Assembly (NCBI GenBank): GCA_046757145.1 | Contig: JBHHXS010000002.1 | Span: 1 to 34,209, forward strand | DNA: 34,209 nt | DNA from: Phycisphaerae bacterium | GTDB taxonomy: Bacteria; Planctomycetota; Phycisphaerae; UBA1845 | Direction of reading: 5' to 3' | Shown here: piece by piece, positions 24,927 through 32,705 of the stretch | Numbering within the stretch: the first letter of the stretch is position 1 | Layout of the letters: each line of letters begins with the position of its first letter | Translations under genes and position numbers: made by a program | The notes under the pieces: generated by a model | What the model saw: only the letters and a program-made list of their open reading frames with translations | Told to the model about the DNA's origin: nothing | The model's database searches: none

Positions 24927-25217
24927 GTGATGAAACCAAACCAACCCAACAAACAGGCGCTGGCTGAGGCCATCAGGTCGCTGGCCAGCGACCAGCGCCG
25001 GCTCCGACGGGCCGGCAAGATTAGAGTCGCCAAACTCCTTGGCGACGCCGAGGGTCTCCTCCTGACCCTCGAATCCACCACCCAGGATAGCTTCCCGCAC
25101 TTTGAGGGGGATCCCACGATCTCCCTCCTGCCCTGGGTTACCCCCCAGGTCCTCAGGGATAACTCGCAAGGGATCCACGAGGTCGGCCTAATCGCCGACG
25201 AGTTGGAGGGGCTATGA
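24927..25217 (+). CDS. Hypothetical protein (96 aa), first gene of the plus-strand cassette
   Basis: ORF track. Its TGA overlaps the ATG of the next ORF (ATGA). Confidence 0.5.
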   Translation: MMKPNQPNKQALAEAIRSLASDQRRLRRAGKIRVAKLLGDAEGLLLTLESTTQDSFPHFEGDPTISLLPWVTPQVLRDNSQGIHEVGLIADELEGL

Positions 25218-26131
25218 GCCTCAGCTCCAAATTCTCTTGGGCCAACGTGGCCCAGGAGACGGTCGTCGGCCCAATCGGGCTGGCGGAGTGGCTGCGCCTC
25301 GAGGGGTGCAGCCAATCGGTCGGGACCGTCCTGGCGACGGCCTCGGAAATCTTGTCCCAGGACGACGGTCCTGGGGTTACAAGCCGCGCCCTCGGGCCCC
25401 TACCGGTGACGGCGTACTACGCCGCCGCCGATGACGACGACCTGGTCCGGCGGCTGGAGACCCTCCTCGCCGGTATCTATGCCGGCGAGATTGCCATTGA
25501 CTGGGCGTCATGCCCAGTTGCCACGGCGCAACTCCTGCGCCGCGCGTTGTCGGTCATGCACCCGTGGCCGACCCAAAAGCCGGACCCTGACTGGGTCCCG
25601 GCCACGGGCGCTCCCGGATACTCAGCCGTCCGGGGCGGGATCTATCCGTTCCGGGTCCCGGATCGGGCCCGCACTCCCGACCTCGCGCGGAAAATCCGGG
25701 CTTGGGCCACCGGTTGGGCGTACCGCCGGGATCCAGAGGATGCCGCCGCATTGGCGGCGTGCCCTTACACACCGGAGCACATGCGGCCCATTCTGCGCCG
25801 GGCTGCCGGCCTATGGGGGCCGGCGCAACGACGCCGGCACAACCGCCGCCCACAAATAGTGGGCTGGGACCGGGTGACAGACGTCCTCCCGGCGATGAAA
25901 TACCTGCCGCGCGAACGCGGGGAACTGCTCCGCTTTTTACGGCGGCAGATGTTGTATGAGTATCGCAGCCGATACTCAGCCAGTGTGGCCTCTCGAGAGA
26001 GGGGCACATACCAGATCCACGAACGCTCCAGCTGGATGCCGGGCCGGGGCATTGTGGTTATTTCGATCCGGTCCCGCATGCGCCGGGGTCGAATCACCAT
26101 CGAGGAGGTCCTATGTCAACAAAAAAAGTAG
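25214..26131 (+). CDS. Hypothetical Arg/Ala/Pro-rich protein (305 aa) in a GC-rich segment
   Basis: ORF track. Coupled to the upstream ORF. No motif recognised. Confidence 0.55.
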   Translation: MSLSSKFSWANVAQETVVGPIGLAEWLRLEGCSQSVGTVLATASEILSQDDGPGVTSRALGPLPVTAYYAAADDDDLVRRLETLLAGIYAGEIAIDWASCPVATAQLLRRALSVMHPWPTQKPDPDWVPATGAPGYSAVRGGIYPFRVPDRARTPDLARKIRAWATGWAYRRDPEDAAALAACPYTPEHMRPILRRAAGLWGPAQRRRHNRRPQIVGWDRVTDVLPAMKYLPRERGELLRFLRRQMLYEYRSRYSASVASRERGTYQIHERSSWMPGRGIVVISIRSRMRRGRITIEEVLCQQKK

Positions 26132-26289
26132 ATCCGTTTCAGCTCCTCTGGATCCTGGAGGACAACACCGGCCGAATCGTCCAGGTCGCCGAGTTCCTGA
26201 CTCGGCGGCTTGGCGCGGATCGGATCGAGATTCTGGTTCCCGGCCATAAGGGCCTAGGAACCATTGCCCAGGATCCCGGGCACAACTAA
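26113..26289 (+). CDS. Small ORF (58 aa) below the ORF-track size cut-off
   Basis: Hand translation gives MSTKKVDPFQLLWILEDNTGRIVQVAEFLTRRLGADRIEILVPGHKGLGTIAQDPGHN followed by TAA at 26287..26289. AGGAGG at 26103..26108 lies 4 nt before the ATG. Confidence 0.4.
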   Translation: MSTKKVDPFQLLWILEDNTGRIVQVAEFLTRRLGADRIEILVPGHKGLGTIAQDPGHN

Positions 26290-26328
26290 CTTGTGGATAG
26301 GCGGCTGAACTAAAACCAAAAAGGAAAA

Positions 26329-26667
26329 ATGAAAAAAATGAAAAAACACAATATCGAGAGCCGTGAGGTCCCCATGGACTACGGCATCCCTGGCGCCGAG
26401 GCCATCATTGACATGGCCGGCCAGCGTATCCTGATCGCCCAACGGTTTGGCGGGATGGGAACGCTGCGGGGCGGGTCGTGCCGATGGGAGCACGGCATTG
26501 CCGTGCAACTCCAGGATGGCGATACATTCGCTTTCCTTGAGGAGGGGGAGTGGAACGAGGACACCACCCTCATGCAAGCAGTGCTGGCCGGCCACGACAA
26601 CGACCGTCCAGTGCTGGACTGGACAGGCGACCGCATTGCCAAGGTGGCAAGGTCGGCGGGATTGTAA
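26329..26667 (+). CDS. Hypothetical protein (112 aa)
   Basis: ORF track. Preceded by the same 22 bp initiation region as the ArdC-like gene. Confidence 0.5.
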   Translation: MKKMKKHNIESREVPMDYGIPGAEAIIDMAGQRILIAQRFGGMGTLRGGSCRWEHGIAVQLQDGDTFAFLEEGEWNEDTTLMQAVLAGHDNDRPVLDWTGDRIAKVARSAGL

Positions 26668-26690
26668 GAAACACGAACCAAAAAGGAAAA

Positions 26691-27539
26691 ATGAAAATAG
26701 ACGCCTATGACAAAATCACGAGCCGAGTAATCGAATTACTCGAACAGGGAACGGTTCCCTGGCACAAAACATGGACAGGCGACAGCATGCCGAGAAATGC
26801 TGTGAGTAACAAATCCTACCGTGGCATGAACGTGTTTCTATTAATGGCTGCGGGCTACACGAGTCCGTATTGGCTGACCTACAAGCAAGCCACGGAACTG
26901 GGCGGGTGCGTTCGGAAAGGGGAAAAGGCCATGCCTGTTGTATTCTGGAAACGGATTATGGTCGAGGACAAGGACGACCCTGACAACACAAAATGCGTTC
27001 CACTGCTACGTTACTACTCCGTCTTTAACGTGGACCAGTGCAACGACATTGACATGCCGACGACGGAGACTCCCAAACGCGAGCATAATCCGATCCAGGA
27101 TGCCGAAGCGATTGTGGCTGGCATGCCCAATCGGCCCGAGATTCGGCATGGTGGTGGGCGCGCGTGTTATCGGCCGAGTCTTGACATGGTATCGATGCCA
27201 CCTGCTGACCGGTTCGAAACCGGGAGCGCATACTACAACGTGCTCTTCCACGAGCTGACACACGCGACTGGCCATAAGGACCGGTTGAATCGGAACGGCT
27301 GCATTGAGGGGGCTGCTTTTGGGTCGCACACCTACAGTCGCGAGGAATTGGTTGCGGAGATGGGGGCGGCATTCCTGTGCGGTCATGCTGGACTGCTGAC
27401 CGCGACGATTGACAACAGCGCCGCGTATATCGCGAACTGGCTCGAACGACTGCGCAACGACCGGAAACTGGTTGTTACTGCGGCGGCACAAGCTCAAAAG
27501 GCATCGGACTTCATCTTGGACGTCCAGTTTGAGAATTGA
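26691..27539 (+). CDS. ardC: ArdC-type antirestriction protein (N-terminal ssDNA-binding domain plus C-terminal zincin-like metalloprotease domain)
   Basis: KITSRVIELLEQGTVPWHKTW ... YRGMNVFLL ... YWLTYKQATELGGCVRKGEK is the ArdC N-domain pattern, and LFHELTHATGH is the HExxH motif. The start was moved to ATG 26691 (AAAGGAAAAATG) because the track start at 26550 overlaps the previous gene. Confidence 0.88.
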   Translation: MKIDAYDKITSRVIELLEQGTVPWHKTWTGDSMPRNAVSNKSYRGMNVFLLMAAGYTSPYWLTYKQATELGGCVRKGEKAMPVVFWKRIMVEDKDDPDNTKCVPLLRYYSVFNVDQCNDIDMPTTETPKREHNPIQDAEAIVAGMPNRPEIRHGGGRACYRPSLDMVSMPPADRFETGSAYYNVLFHELTHATGHKDRLNRNGCIEGAAFGSHTYSREELVAEMGAAFLCGHAGLLTATIDNSAAYIANWLERLRNDRKLVVTAAAQAQKASDFILDVQFEN

Positions 27540-27623
27540 ATGGCGACAGAGCACGGGCGCACTTGCGGGTGCGTCCAACTCTGTTTCCAATGAAGGGGAC
27601 AGGTGACGAAAGGAGACAACACT

Positions 27624-27896
27624 ATGACACACAATACGCCACTCCAGATAAGAATTTATCGCTATGATGCTATGGCGCATCATTGGCGGTACGTATGTAA
27701 TGGTGACTGGGAGACCTTGGAGACAGATGGGAGTCTCCCGACCGGCCAGATTACTAACGCATGTGCGGACCTTGGCGAGGGAGTGTATACGGCCATCGAG
27801 GACGCGATAAACGCCAGCGCGACGGAGGAGGGCAGGCAGACTGAAGGTGCAGTGAAAGCCTGCGGGCAAAGGTGGCAATGGGCGTTGGAAGATTGA
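27624..27896 (+). CDS. Hypothetical protein (90 aa from ATG 27624)
   Basis: ORF track frame. AAAGGAGA lies 7 nt upstream of ATG 27624. The 3' end overlaps a convergent ORF. Confidence 0.4.
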   Translation: MTHNTPLQIRIYRYDAMAHHWRYVCNGDWETLETDGSLPTGQITNACADLGEGVYTAIEDAINASATEEGRQTEGAVKACGQRWQWALED

Positions 27897-28209
27897 GACA
27901 AAGGAATAAAGTGCACGGCGCCCTATGGCCCGGTCGGCTTTTATAGAACGCGGTTAACCACGCGCCATAGTCTTTGTAGAGCGGATGCTCGCTCAGTGTG
28001 AGTAAGGCACGTCTGACCGTTCCACTGTCAACGTCGAACTCTTGAGCGATGCGAGCTCGTGGCCATTGCAGGAACGTCTCAAGGTAATACCAAACCAACC
28101 ACCGAGCTTGCACTCGTGCGGTGTGATTCTTCGGATGACAGATTTGTAGAGGTGCAAGCTCGAACTCCTCTGCCACAGCGCCAATGATTTCTCGAGCGGC
28201 TTTGTGCAT
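27754..28209 (-). CDS. DnaA-domain-IV-like HTH protein (151 aa from ATG 28209; the C-terminal extent is uncertain)
   Basis: HTARVQARWLVWYYLETFLQWPRARIAQEFDVDSGTVRRAL resembles the DnaA C-terminal DNA-binding helix-turn-helix. The ATG lies 1 nt after the DnaB stop. The last ~50 codons are low-complexity and overlap the convergent plus-strand ORF. Confidence 0.5.
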   Translation of the reverse strand: MHKAAREIIGAVAEEFELAPLQICHPKNHTARVQARWLVWYYLETFLQWPRARIAQEFDVDSGTVRRALLTLSEHPLYKDYGAWLTAFYKSRPGHRAPCTLFLCLNLPTPIATFARRLSLHLQSACPPPSRWRLSRPRWPYTLPRQGPHMR

Positions 28210-28210
28210 G

Positions 28211-29587
28211 TTATAGGTCTTGATTTGACGACGATTCAAACTTGCAATGCTCAGCGTCAAAGTAGAGGTGCACCAAGCCGGTCTCGCCGTCGCGCTGTTT
28301 GGCTATAGCAAGTGTGGCTTGATTGCGAGCGTCCCCGTCTCGAGGGCGGTGCAACAGACCGATCATATCGGCGTCACGTTCTATCTGACCAGAGTCGGCA
28401 AGATCCGGAATGCGGGGAGCGCGTCCCTTGTCCTTTTCGCTTTCCCGGTTGATCTGGGCTAGGGCTATGACTGCGACGTCGCTACTGTCGGCCAAGCCTT
28501 TAAGCGCCGACGATACCTGGGCTACTTCATATGTTCGTTTCTCGTGGCGTGAAGATGGTAGAACCTTTTGGAGATAATCGACAATGACAAGTTTGATCGC
28601 CTTGCGGCGGACAAAAGCGCGCACGCCAGCACACAGCCGATCCACACTGAGACCGGATACGCCGTCAATGAAGTGGAGCGGCGCCTGTCTCATGCGAGCT
28701 GCGAACTCTGCTGAACGGGCGAGGTCGCGCTCTTCCATGTTGCCAGACTTCAGATGCTTCATTGCAACGCGTGACGACGACGAGCAAAGCCGGCGAACTA
28801 ACGAACGCGCACTCATCTCGAGAGTGACAAATACAGTAGGCACTTCTTGCTTCAAGCACGCATGCTCGACGATGTTGCACGCCAGCGCCGTCTTGCCGAT
28901 GCTTGGGCGAGCTCCGATCACAGCCAGTTCCCCGAGTTGAAAACCGTCTGTCAATACGTCCCAGTCTGGAAAGCCGGAGCCGATTCCCTGGAGTTTTCCA
29001 CGTGCTTCGAATCTACGCTCAAGCTCATCGACGAATTGCATGGTCGCTTCCCCTGCATCCAGCGAAGCGGCGGCGGATTGTTCTTGCTGTGTGATCAGCG
29101 ATTCAGCGGTTGCAATCAATTCACTGGCCGGCTTGCAGTTGTCGTAGCACTTCGCAATGATCTGCGTGCTCGCTTTAATGAGGCGACGCACTGAGTGTTT
29201 ATCAGACACCGTGTCCAGGTAGTAAGCGAGATTTGCCGCCGATGGAACCGCATCAGGAAGCGAAGCGACGTACGCTATGCCGCCAACTGCATCGAGATGG
29301 TTGGAGTCCTTGAGCTTCTCCGCTACCATGACCAGATCCGCTGGTTGATCTTGCTCCACAAGCGCCACAATCGCGCGATACAACTCACGGTGTCGAATCT
29401 CGTAGAACGCCAACCCTTCACGGCCCAGCCGCTCGACGCACAGGTCCACCGTAGCAGTCGCATCGGTCAACATGCACCCCAGGACGCCGCGCTCAGCATC
29501 AGATGAATGAGGCGGCAGTCGATCAACGGTTGGAAATGTCGTCGGCGCTTTCACAGGCTCTTGGCAAGATCGTCTTCCGTGAGCCAA
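28211..29587 (-). CDS. dnaB: Replicative DNA helicase, DnaB family (458 aa)
   Basis: N-terminal domain pattern LPPHSSDAERGVLGCML, Walker A GARPSIGKTALACNI, VIVDYLQKV, and LAQINRE ... DLADSGQIERDAD. Confidence 0.95.
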   Translation of the reverse strand: MAHGRRSCQEPVKAPTTFPTVDRLPPHSSDAERGVLGCMLTDATATVDLCVERLGREGLAFYEIRHRELYRAIVALVEQDQPADLVMVAEKLKDSNHLDAVGGIAYVASLPDAVPSAANLAYYLDTVSDKHSVRRLIKASTQIIAKCYDNCKPASELIATAESLITQQEQSAAASLDAGEATMQFVDELERRFEARGKLQGIGSGFPDWDVLTDGFQLGELAVIGARPSIGKTALACNIVEHACLKQEVPTVFVTLEMSARSLVRRLCSSSSRVAMKHLKSGNMEERDLARSAEFAARMRQAPLHFIDGVSGLSVDRLCAGVRAFVRRKAIKLVIVDYLQKVLPSSRHEKRTYEVAQVSSALKGLADSSDVAVIALAQINRESEKDKGRAPRIPDLADSGQIERDADMIGLLHRPRDGDARNQATLAIAKQRDGETGLVHLYFDAEHCKFESSSNQDL

Positions 29588-30408
29588 CCCTTTTGTGAGG
29601 CGGGCTGACTTGTCCGCTCACCATCACCCCATGTATTTGGATCTTCCTTGAATCCGCCGCTGTTGAACCACGTGGCAGGATAAGGAATGTACTTCTCGGT
29701 TTGTCCCTTGCACCGTTCTGCAAACAGTTTTGTTCGCTCAAGCAGATAAGCTGCGTCGTATTCCGCCAAACGCTTTTTGATTGCCTTGATAGCATCATCT
29801 GGCTGCTTCAAACGCGGATATGCCTTGTAGATTTTCTGAGCATCCCCGTTTAGTGCTCTCTCGCGTTCACTCTTTGACCCCTTCGTAGTTTTGTGAAGTG
29901 TGGTTGAACCACCCTTGGATCCAGGAGCATTTGGGAAGGAGAGAAGACTCGTTTGCTCATCGCGCGCGTTCCCCCCTTTAGGGGGGTTAGGGGGGTGTAC
30001 TTCTGTACTCTTGCTTCTTGCTTCTTGCTTCTCCCCCGTAACAGAGGCGTTACATCGATGCTTTCGGACCCTCTCTCGTGTTGTAACTCGCTTATGCTCT
30101 TCCCGTTGCATCCTCCTACACACTAGCGTTACATTTGTGTTACCAAGCGTTACATCAGCGTTACATGTAACATCTGCTGTGCCTGTTCTTCGAAGTTCAT
30201 CCACAGCTTTGCTGAACTGATCTTGAGTGCATCGGCACACTTGTGAGAGTTCCTCAACAGTGCCCTCGAGCGTACCAAATGCGGGCGAGTCATACATGGC
30301 CAGAATGGCCTCAAACCACATGCCGCGAGTCGCTAACGAGCATTTGGCAAGGGCGGTATCCCTCACCCACTCTGAGGGGTAGAACTTCATCCACGGCAGT
30401 TTGTTCAT
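29551..30408 (-). CDS. DUF1376 (YdaU)-type phage replication organiser/initiator-like protein (285 aa from ATG 30408)
   Basis: MNKLPWMKFYPSEWVRDTALAKCSLATRGMWFEAILAMY is the DUF1376 signature. The C-terminus (KIYKAYPR ... YIPYPATWFNSGGF) resembles replisome-organiser C-domains. Lies immediately upstream of dnaB. The track start at 30531 adds a Cys/Arg-rich extension that I reject. Confidence 0.7.
   Translation of the reverse strand: MNKLPWMKFYPSEWVRDTALAKCSLATRGMWFEAILAMYDSPAFGTLEGTVEELSQVCRCTQDQFSKAVDELRRTGTADVTCNADVTLGNTNVTLVCRRMQREEHKRVTTRERVRKHRCNASVTGEKQEARSKSTEVHPPNPPKGGNARDEQTSLLSFPNAPGSKGGSTTLHKTTKGSKSERERALNGDAQKIYKAYPRLKQPDDAIKAIKKRLAEYDAAYLLERTKLFAERCKGQTEKYIPYPATWFNSGGFKEDPNTWGDGERTSQPASQKGWLTEDDLAKSL
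30011..30031. repeat. Perfect tandem heptamer (TTGCTTC)x3 adjacent to the iterons
   Basis: Read directly from ttgcttc ttgcttc ttgcttc. Confidence 0.8.
30047..30171. repeat. Iteron-like repeats GCGTTACAT (x4) plus degenerate and inverted copies: candidate replication origin inside the initiator gene
   Basis: GCGTTACAT occurs at 30047, 30126, 30147 and 30158, the last three spaced 21 and 11 bp apart. A TGTTAC variant lies at ~30139, GTAAC half-sites lie at 30038 and 30083, and a 12 bp palindrome GTTACATGTAAC spans 30160..30171. Confidence 0.5.
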
Positions 30409-30555
30409 CTGACCAAAACAGCCCCAGTTGCGCCGACAGCCGGTTGAAGGCGTGTGACGACCCAAGAAAGGCGGGCCGACGCAACGGGGCAAATTATGGC
30501 TTCTTGAATCGTCACACCTCATCCCTAGCACGGTTGGCGCGATTTGTCAAGCGGA

Positions 30556-30873
30556 TCAGAAGTTGCATTTTGGAATGCCGACGAGTTTGCGTCCACTGTT
30601 GATGTCGTTGCGGATATAAACTCCGGGTACGAATGTGAGTGCCTCAGCGACGGAGTAGCTGCCATCAGGATTGCGTTGCTGAGTTGTCACTTGGACGATA
30701 CATCCGCCAGGGATTTCCATCGCTTTGGTACTCTTCATCCAGCCTTCCGTTTGGCTTGATGCTTTACAGAGCAGTTGAAACGTGTCGCCGTTACCGACGA
30801 CGGCTATATCTGGCACGTTCTTACGAGCGCCTGATACGTCTGAGTTTGTGAGTGTTTTTTCGGTCATGTGCAT
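30556..30873 (-). CDS. Hypothetical protein (105 aa)
   Basis: ORF track only. Confidence 0.45.
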   Translation of the reverse strand: MHMTEKTLTNSDVSGARKNVPDIAVVGNGDTFQLLCKASSQTEGWMKSTKAMEIPGGCIVQVTTQQRNPDGSYSVAEALTFVPGVYIRNDINSGRKLVGIPKCNF

Positions 30874-30928
30874 TCTGTCTTTCTAGCCTGAAACTGACAG
30901 GCTTGTGTGTTTGTGGTTTCTCTTTATA

Positions 30929-31198
30929 TCAGAATGGAACTTCCGTGTCTCCAGCCTCGCTTGCTGGCGCTTGCGGAAAGCCATTTACAACTTCGGCCTT
31001 GGACTCTGACAGTTGTGCTTCCATGCTTTGAATGAATATGTGCAGGTTGTGCGCACGATTTTCCCAACTCCGGAGGAGGATCTTGAGATAACCGACAGGC
31101 ACCTGTGCCATTGCGAGGCCCTTATGCTTGCCGAAAGGCATGGCATCAGTGGGGTTGATCTCCTGATCGGCAAACTGGGGCGGGTATTTTTGCATCAT
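30929..31198 (-). CDS. DUF3820-like small protein (89 aa)
   Basis: MPFGKHKGLAMAQVPVGYLKILL matches the pFGKyKG...P..YL motif remembered for DUF3820 / exonuclease X C-terminal-like proteins. Confidence 0.5.
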   Translation of the reverse strand: MMQKYPPQFADQEINPTDAMPFGKHKGLAMAQVPVGYLKILLRSWENRAHNLHIFIQSMEAQLSESKAEVVNGFPQAPASEAGDTEVPF

Positions 31199-31560
31199 AT
31201 CAATTCGTTATGGTTGAAGTCTGGAGGCATTGTGACATTGATGACTCGACAATCCCAGAGTTTACGTTTCCCTCGTGGTCCACGCTTGGCCCAACCGTGG
31301 ACCACGATGTGTCTGTTGGGCGAGTCGAGCCACAGCGCGGCGGATTGCAGGCTTAGGATCTTGCTGACCCTGGCGGCGACGTGTGCGCCGCTTGTCGTCT
31401 GGACAAGTACGACGTCGTTCCGTAAGACCGCAATGATGTCAGCGAATCCGAAGAGGTCATGACGTGTTTTGACATACGGGTTCCACTTCTCAACGACGGC
31501 ACAAAAATAGCCTTCCTTCCGCAGTTTACGAAGCGAGCGGATTGTGGGTGAGTCGGCCAT
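31195..31560 (-). CDS. Possible small PD-(D/E)XK-like nuclease or Holliday-junction-resolvase-like protein (121 aa)
   Basis: The layout GYFCAVVEKW ... RHDLFGFADIIAV ... VVLVQTTS resembles archaeal-Hjc/RecB-like minimal nucleases, but the E-x-K position reads Q-T-T. The call is weak. Confidence 0.35.
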   Translation of the reverse strand: MADSPTIRSLRKLRKEGYFCAVVEKWNPYVKTRHDLFGFADIIAVLRNDVVLVQTTSGAHVAARVSKILSLQSAALWLDSPNRHIVVHGWAKRGPRGKRKLWDCRVINVTMPPDFNHNELI

Positions 31561-31562
31561 GA

Positions 31563-32663
31563 CTACTCCTCACTCGCGACGAGAGACGGTGCTTTCGCTG
31601 TCTCGGAAATGCAATCGTCTATGATCTCATCCAGTTCCTCTTTCCGGCGTTTGCCTTTGAACCCGCGCGCGGTCAACATGCCTTCAAGCGCCTTCAGTGT
31701 CACCTGGCAGTTCGCCGTAAACTCATCCGGTGCAACGTCGTGCTCCTCATGTAAGCGCAAGTAAACCTGGCCGACGTCCGTTACCTTACGCACACTACCC
31801 GTTGACTTCAGCGTCCACCCTGGCACTGACTCCGGATCCTCAGTCAGCCGACGCTTGGCTTCTTCCCTCACGGCCTTGATGACCAGTTCTGCGGTCTTGC
31901 AATGGTCGAGAGCAAGTTTCATCTTGTTGCCGTCGAATGTCCCCGGCTCAGTCGCGCGCTCGACCAGGGTTGTCACTGATGATCCACCTTCTGGGCAAGT
32001 GCCCAACACTGGGCAGTACTTGCATTGCGTCAACCCTGGAATCCGACGTGCCTTCGGGTCGTGGATAGTTCTAAGTGCTTGTATCAGCCACTCTTTCGCC
32101 TTTGCCAGGTTCTCGGAGTTGTACTCGCAGATGTCCAACCGCGGAGATGCCCACGGTTGAATGACAATAACCGTAACCTCTTGCACTTCAGCGTGATTCA
32201 TGCAGGCCAATACCGCTAGGGACCGCAACTGCGGGTTCTTGGCGGATTCGGCTACCGGGATCCGGCCGGTCTTGTAATCGACGATGACGCAACGGGATCC
32301 GAATATGGCGAGGATGTCAGCCTTACCAGAGAATGGCTTGAAGTCATATGGATGACCCCATTCCCGCTTTTCCCGGAAGAGAGTGTCAGCGTCCTCGAAC
32401 TTGCCAACCACCTTTTCGACTGCCTCATTCGCAAGTTGCTTACACTTGTCAGCGGTTTCCTGTTCCTCCTCCGTCAACGTGACGTCGGAATCGCTCGCCA
32501 ACCATGCATGGATCCGTGTGCCGCTCTTGGCATCGTCACCTTCCTCCCGCTTTGGGACATCTTTACTCGCCGCCCATCGCCCAGGACAGAGTTCGAGTGC
32601 CTCGATCTGAGACGCCGACGGATGTCCTTTCCGTTCGTCCATTGCTCTATTCGTGTCTTCCAT
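31563..32663 (-). CDS. Cas4/RecB-like PD-(D/E)XK exonuclease with a four-Cys cluster (366 aa)
   Basis: GKADILAI ... VIVDYKTG carries the D ... D-x-K catalytic core. One N-terminal Cys (LELCPGRW) plus a C-terminal CKYCPVLGTCP (CX2CX5C) matches the Fe-S arrangement of Cas4/AddB nucleases. Adjacent to recT. Confidence 0.85.
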   Translation of the reverse strand: MEDTNRAMDERKGHPSASQIEALELCPGRWAASKDVPKREEGDDAKSGTRIHAWLASDSDVTLTEEEQETADKCKQLANEAVEKVVGKFEDADTLFREKREWGHPYDFKPFSGKADILAIFGSRCVIVDYKTGRIPVAESAKNPQLRSLAVLACMNHAEVQEVTVIVIQPWASPRLDICEYNSENLAKAKEWLIQALRTIHDPKARRIPGLTQCKYCPVLGTCPEGGSSVTTLVERATEPGTFDGNKMKLALDHCKTAELVIKAVREEAKRRLTEDPESVPGWTLKSTGSVRKVTDVGQVYLRLHEEHDVAPDEFTANCQVTLKALEGMLTARGFKGKRRKEELDEIIDDCISETAKAPSLVASEE

Positions 32664-32705
32664 AGCCTTCCTTCTGTTGGTTGTTGTGAGTTGACGTTGT
32701 GCAGG

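Noticed and set aside
24740-25315. 191 aa minus-strand ORF across the divergent promoter region
   Set aside because: It overlaps the promoter-like gap and two coupled plus-strand ORFs, and its sequence is Arg/Ser/Pro-rich.
25431-26100. Several 85-151 aa ORFs in alternative frames of the GC-rich 305 aa gene
   Set aside because: High GC content keeps multiple frames open. All are Arg/Pro/Gly-rich, and only the 305 aa frame is coupled to its neighbours.
26550-26690. N-terminal 47-codon extension of the ArdC ORF given in the track
   Set aside because: It overlaps the preceding 112 aa gene, is Arg/Gly/Pro-rich, and precedes an ATG with a good purine-rich ribosome-binding site exactly where ArdC homology begins (MKIDAYDKITS).
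27006-27878. 290 aa minus-strand ORF
   Set aside because: It is antisense to the motif-rich ArdC gene.
30409-30531. 41-codon N-terminal extension of the DUF1376 ORF
   Set aside because: The extension is Cys/Arg/Gly-rich, and the DUF1376 signature starts exactly at the internal Met (MNKLPWMKFYPSEW).
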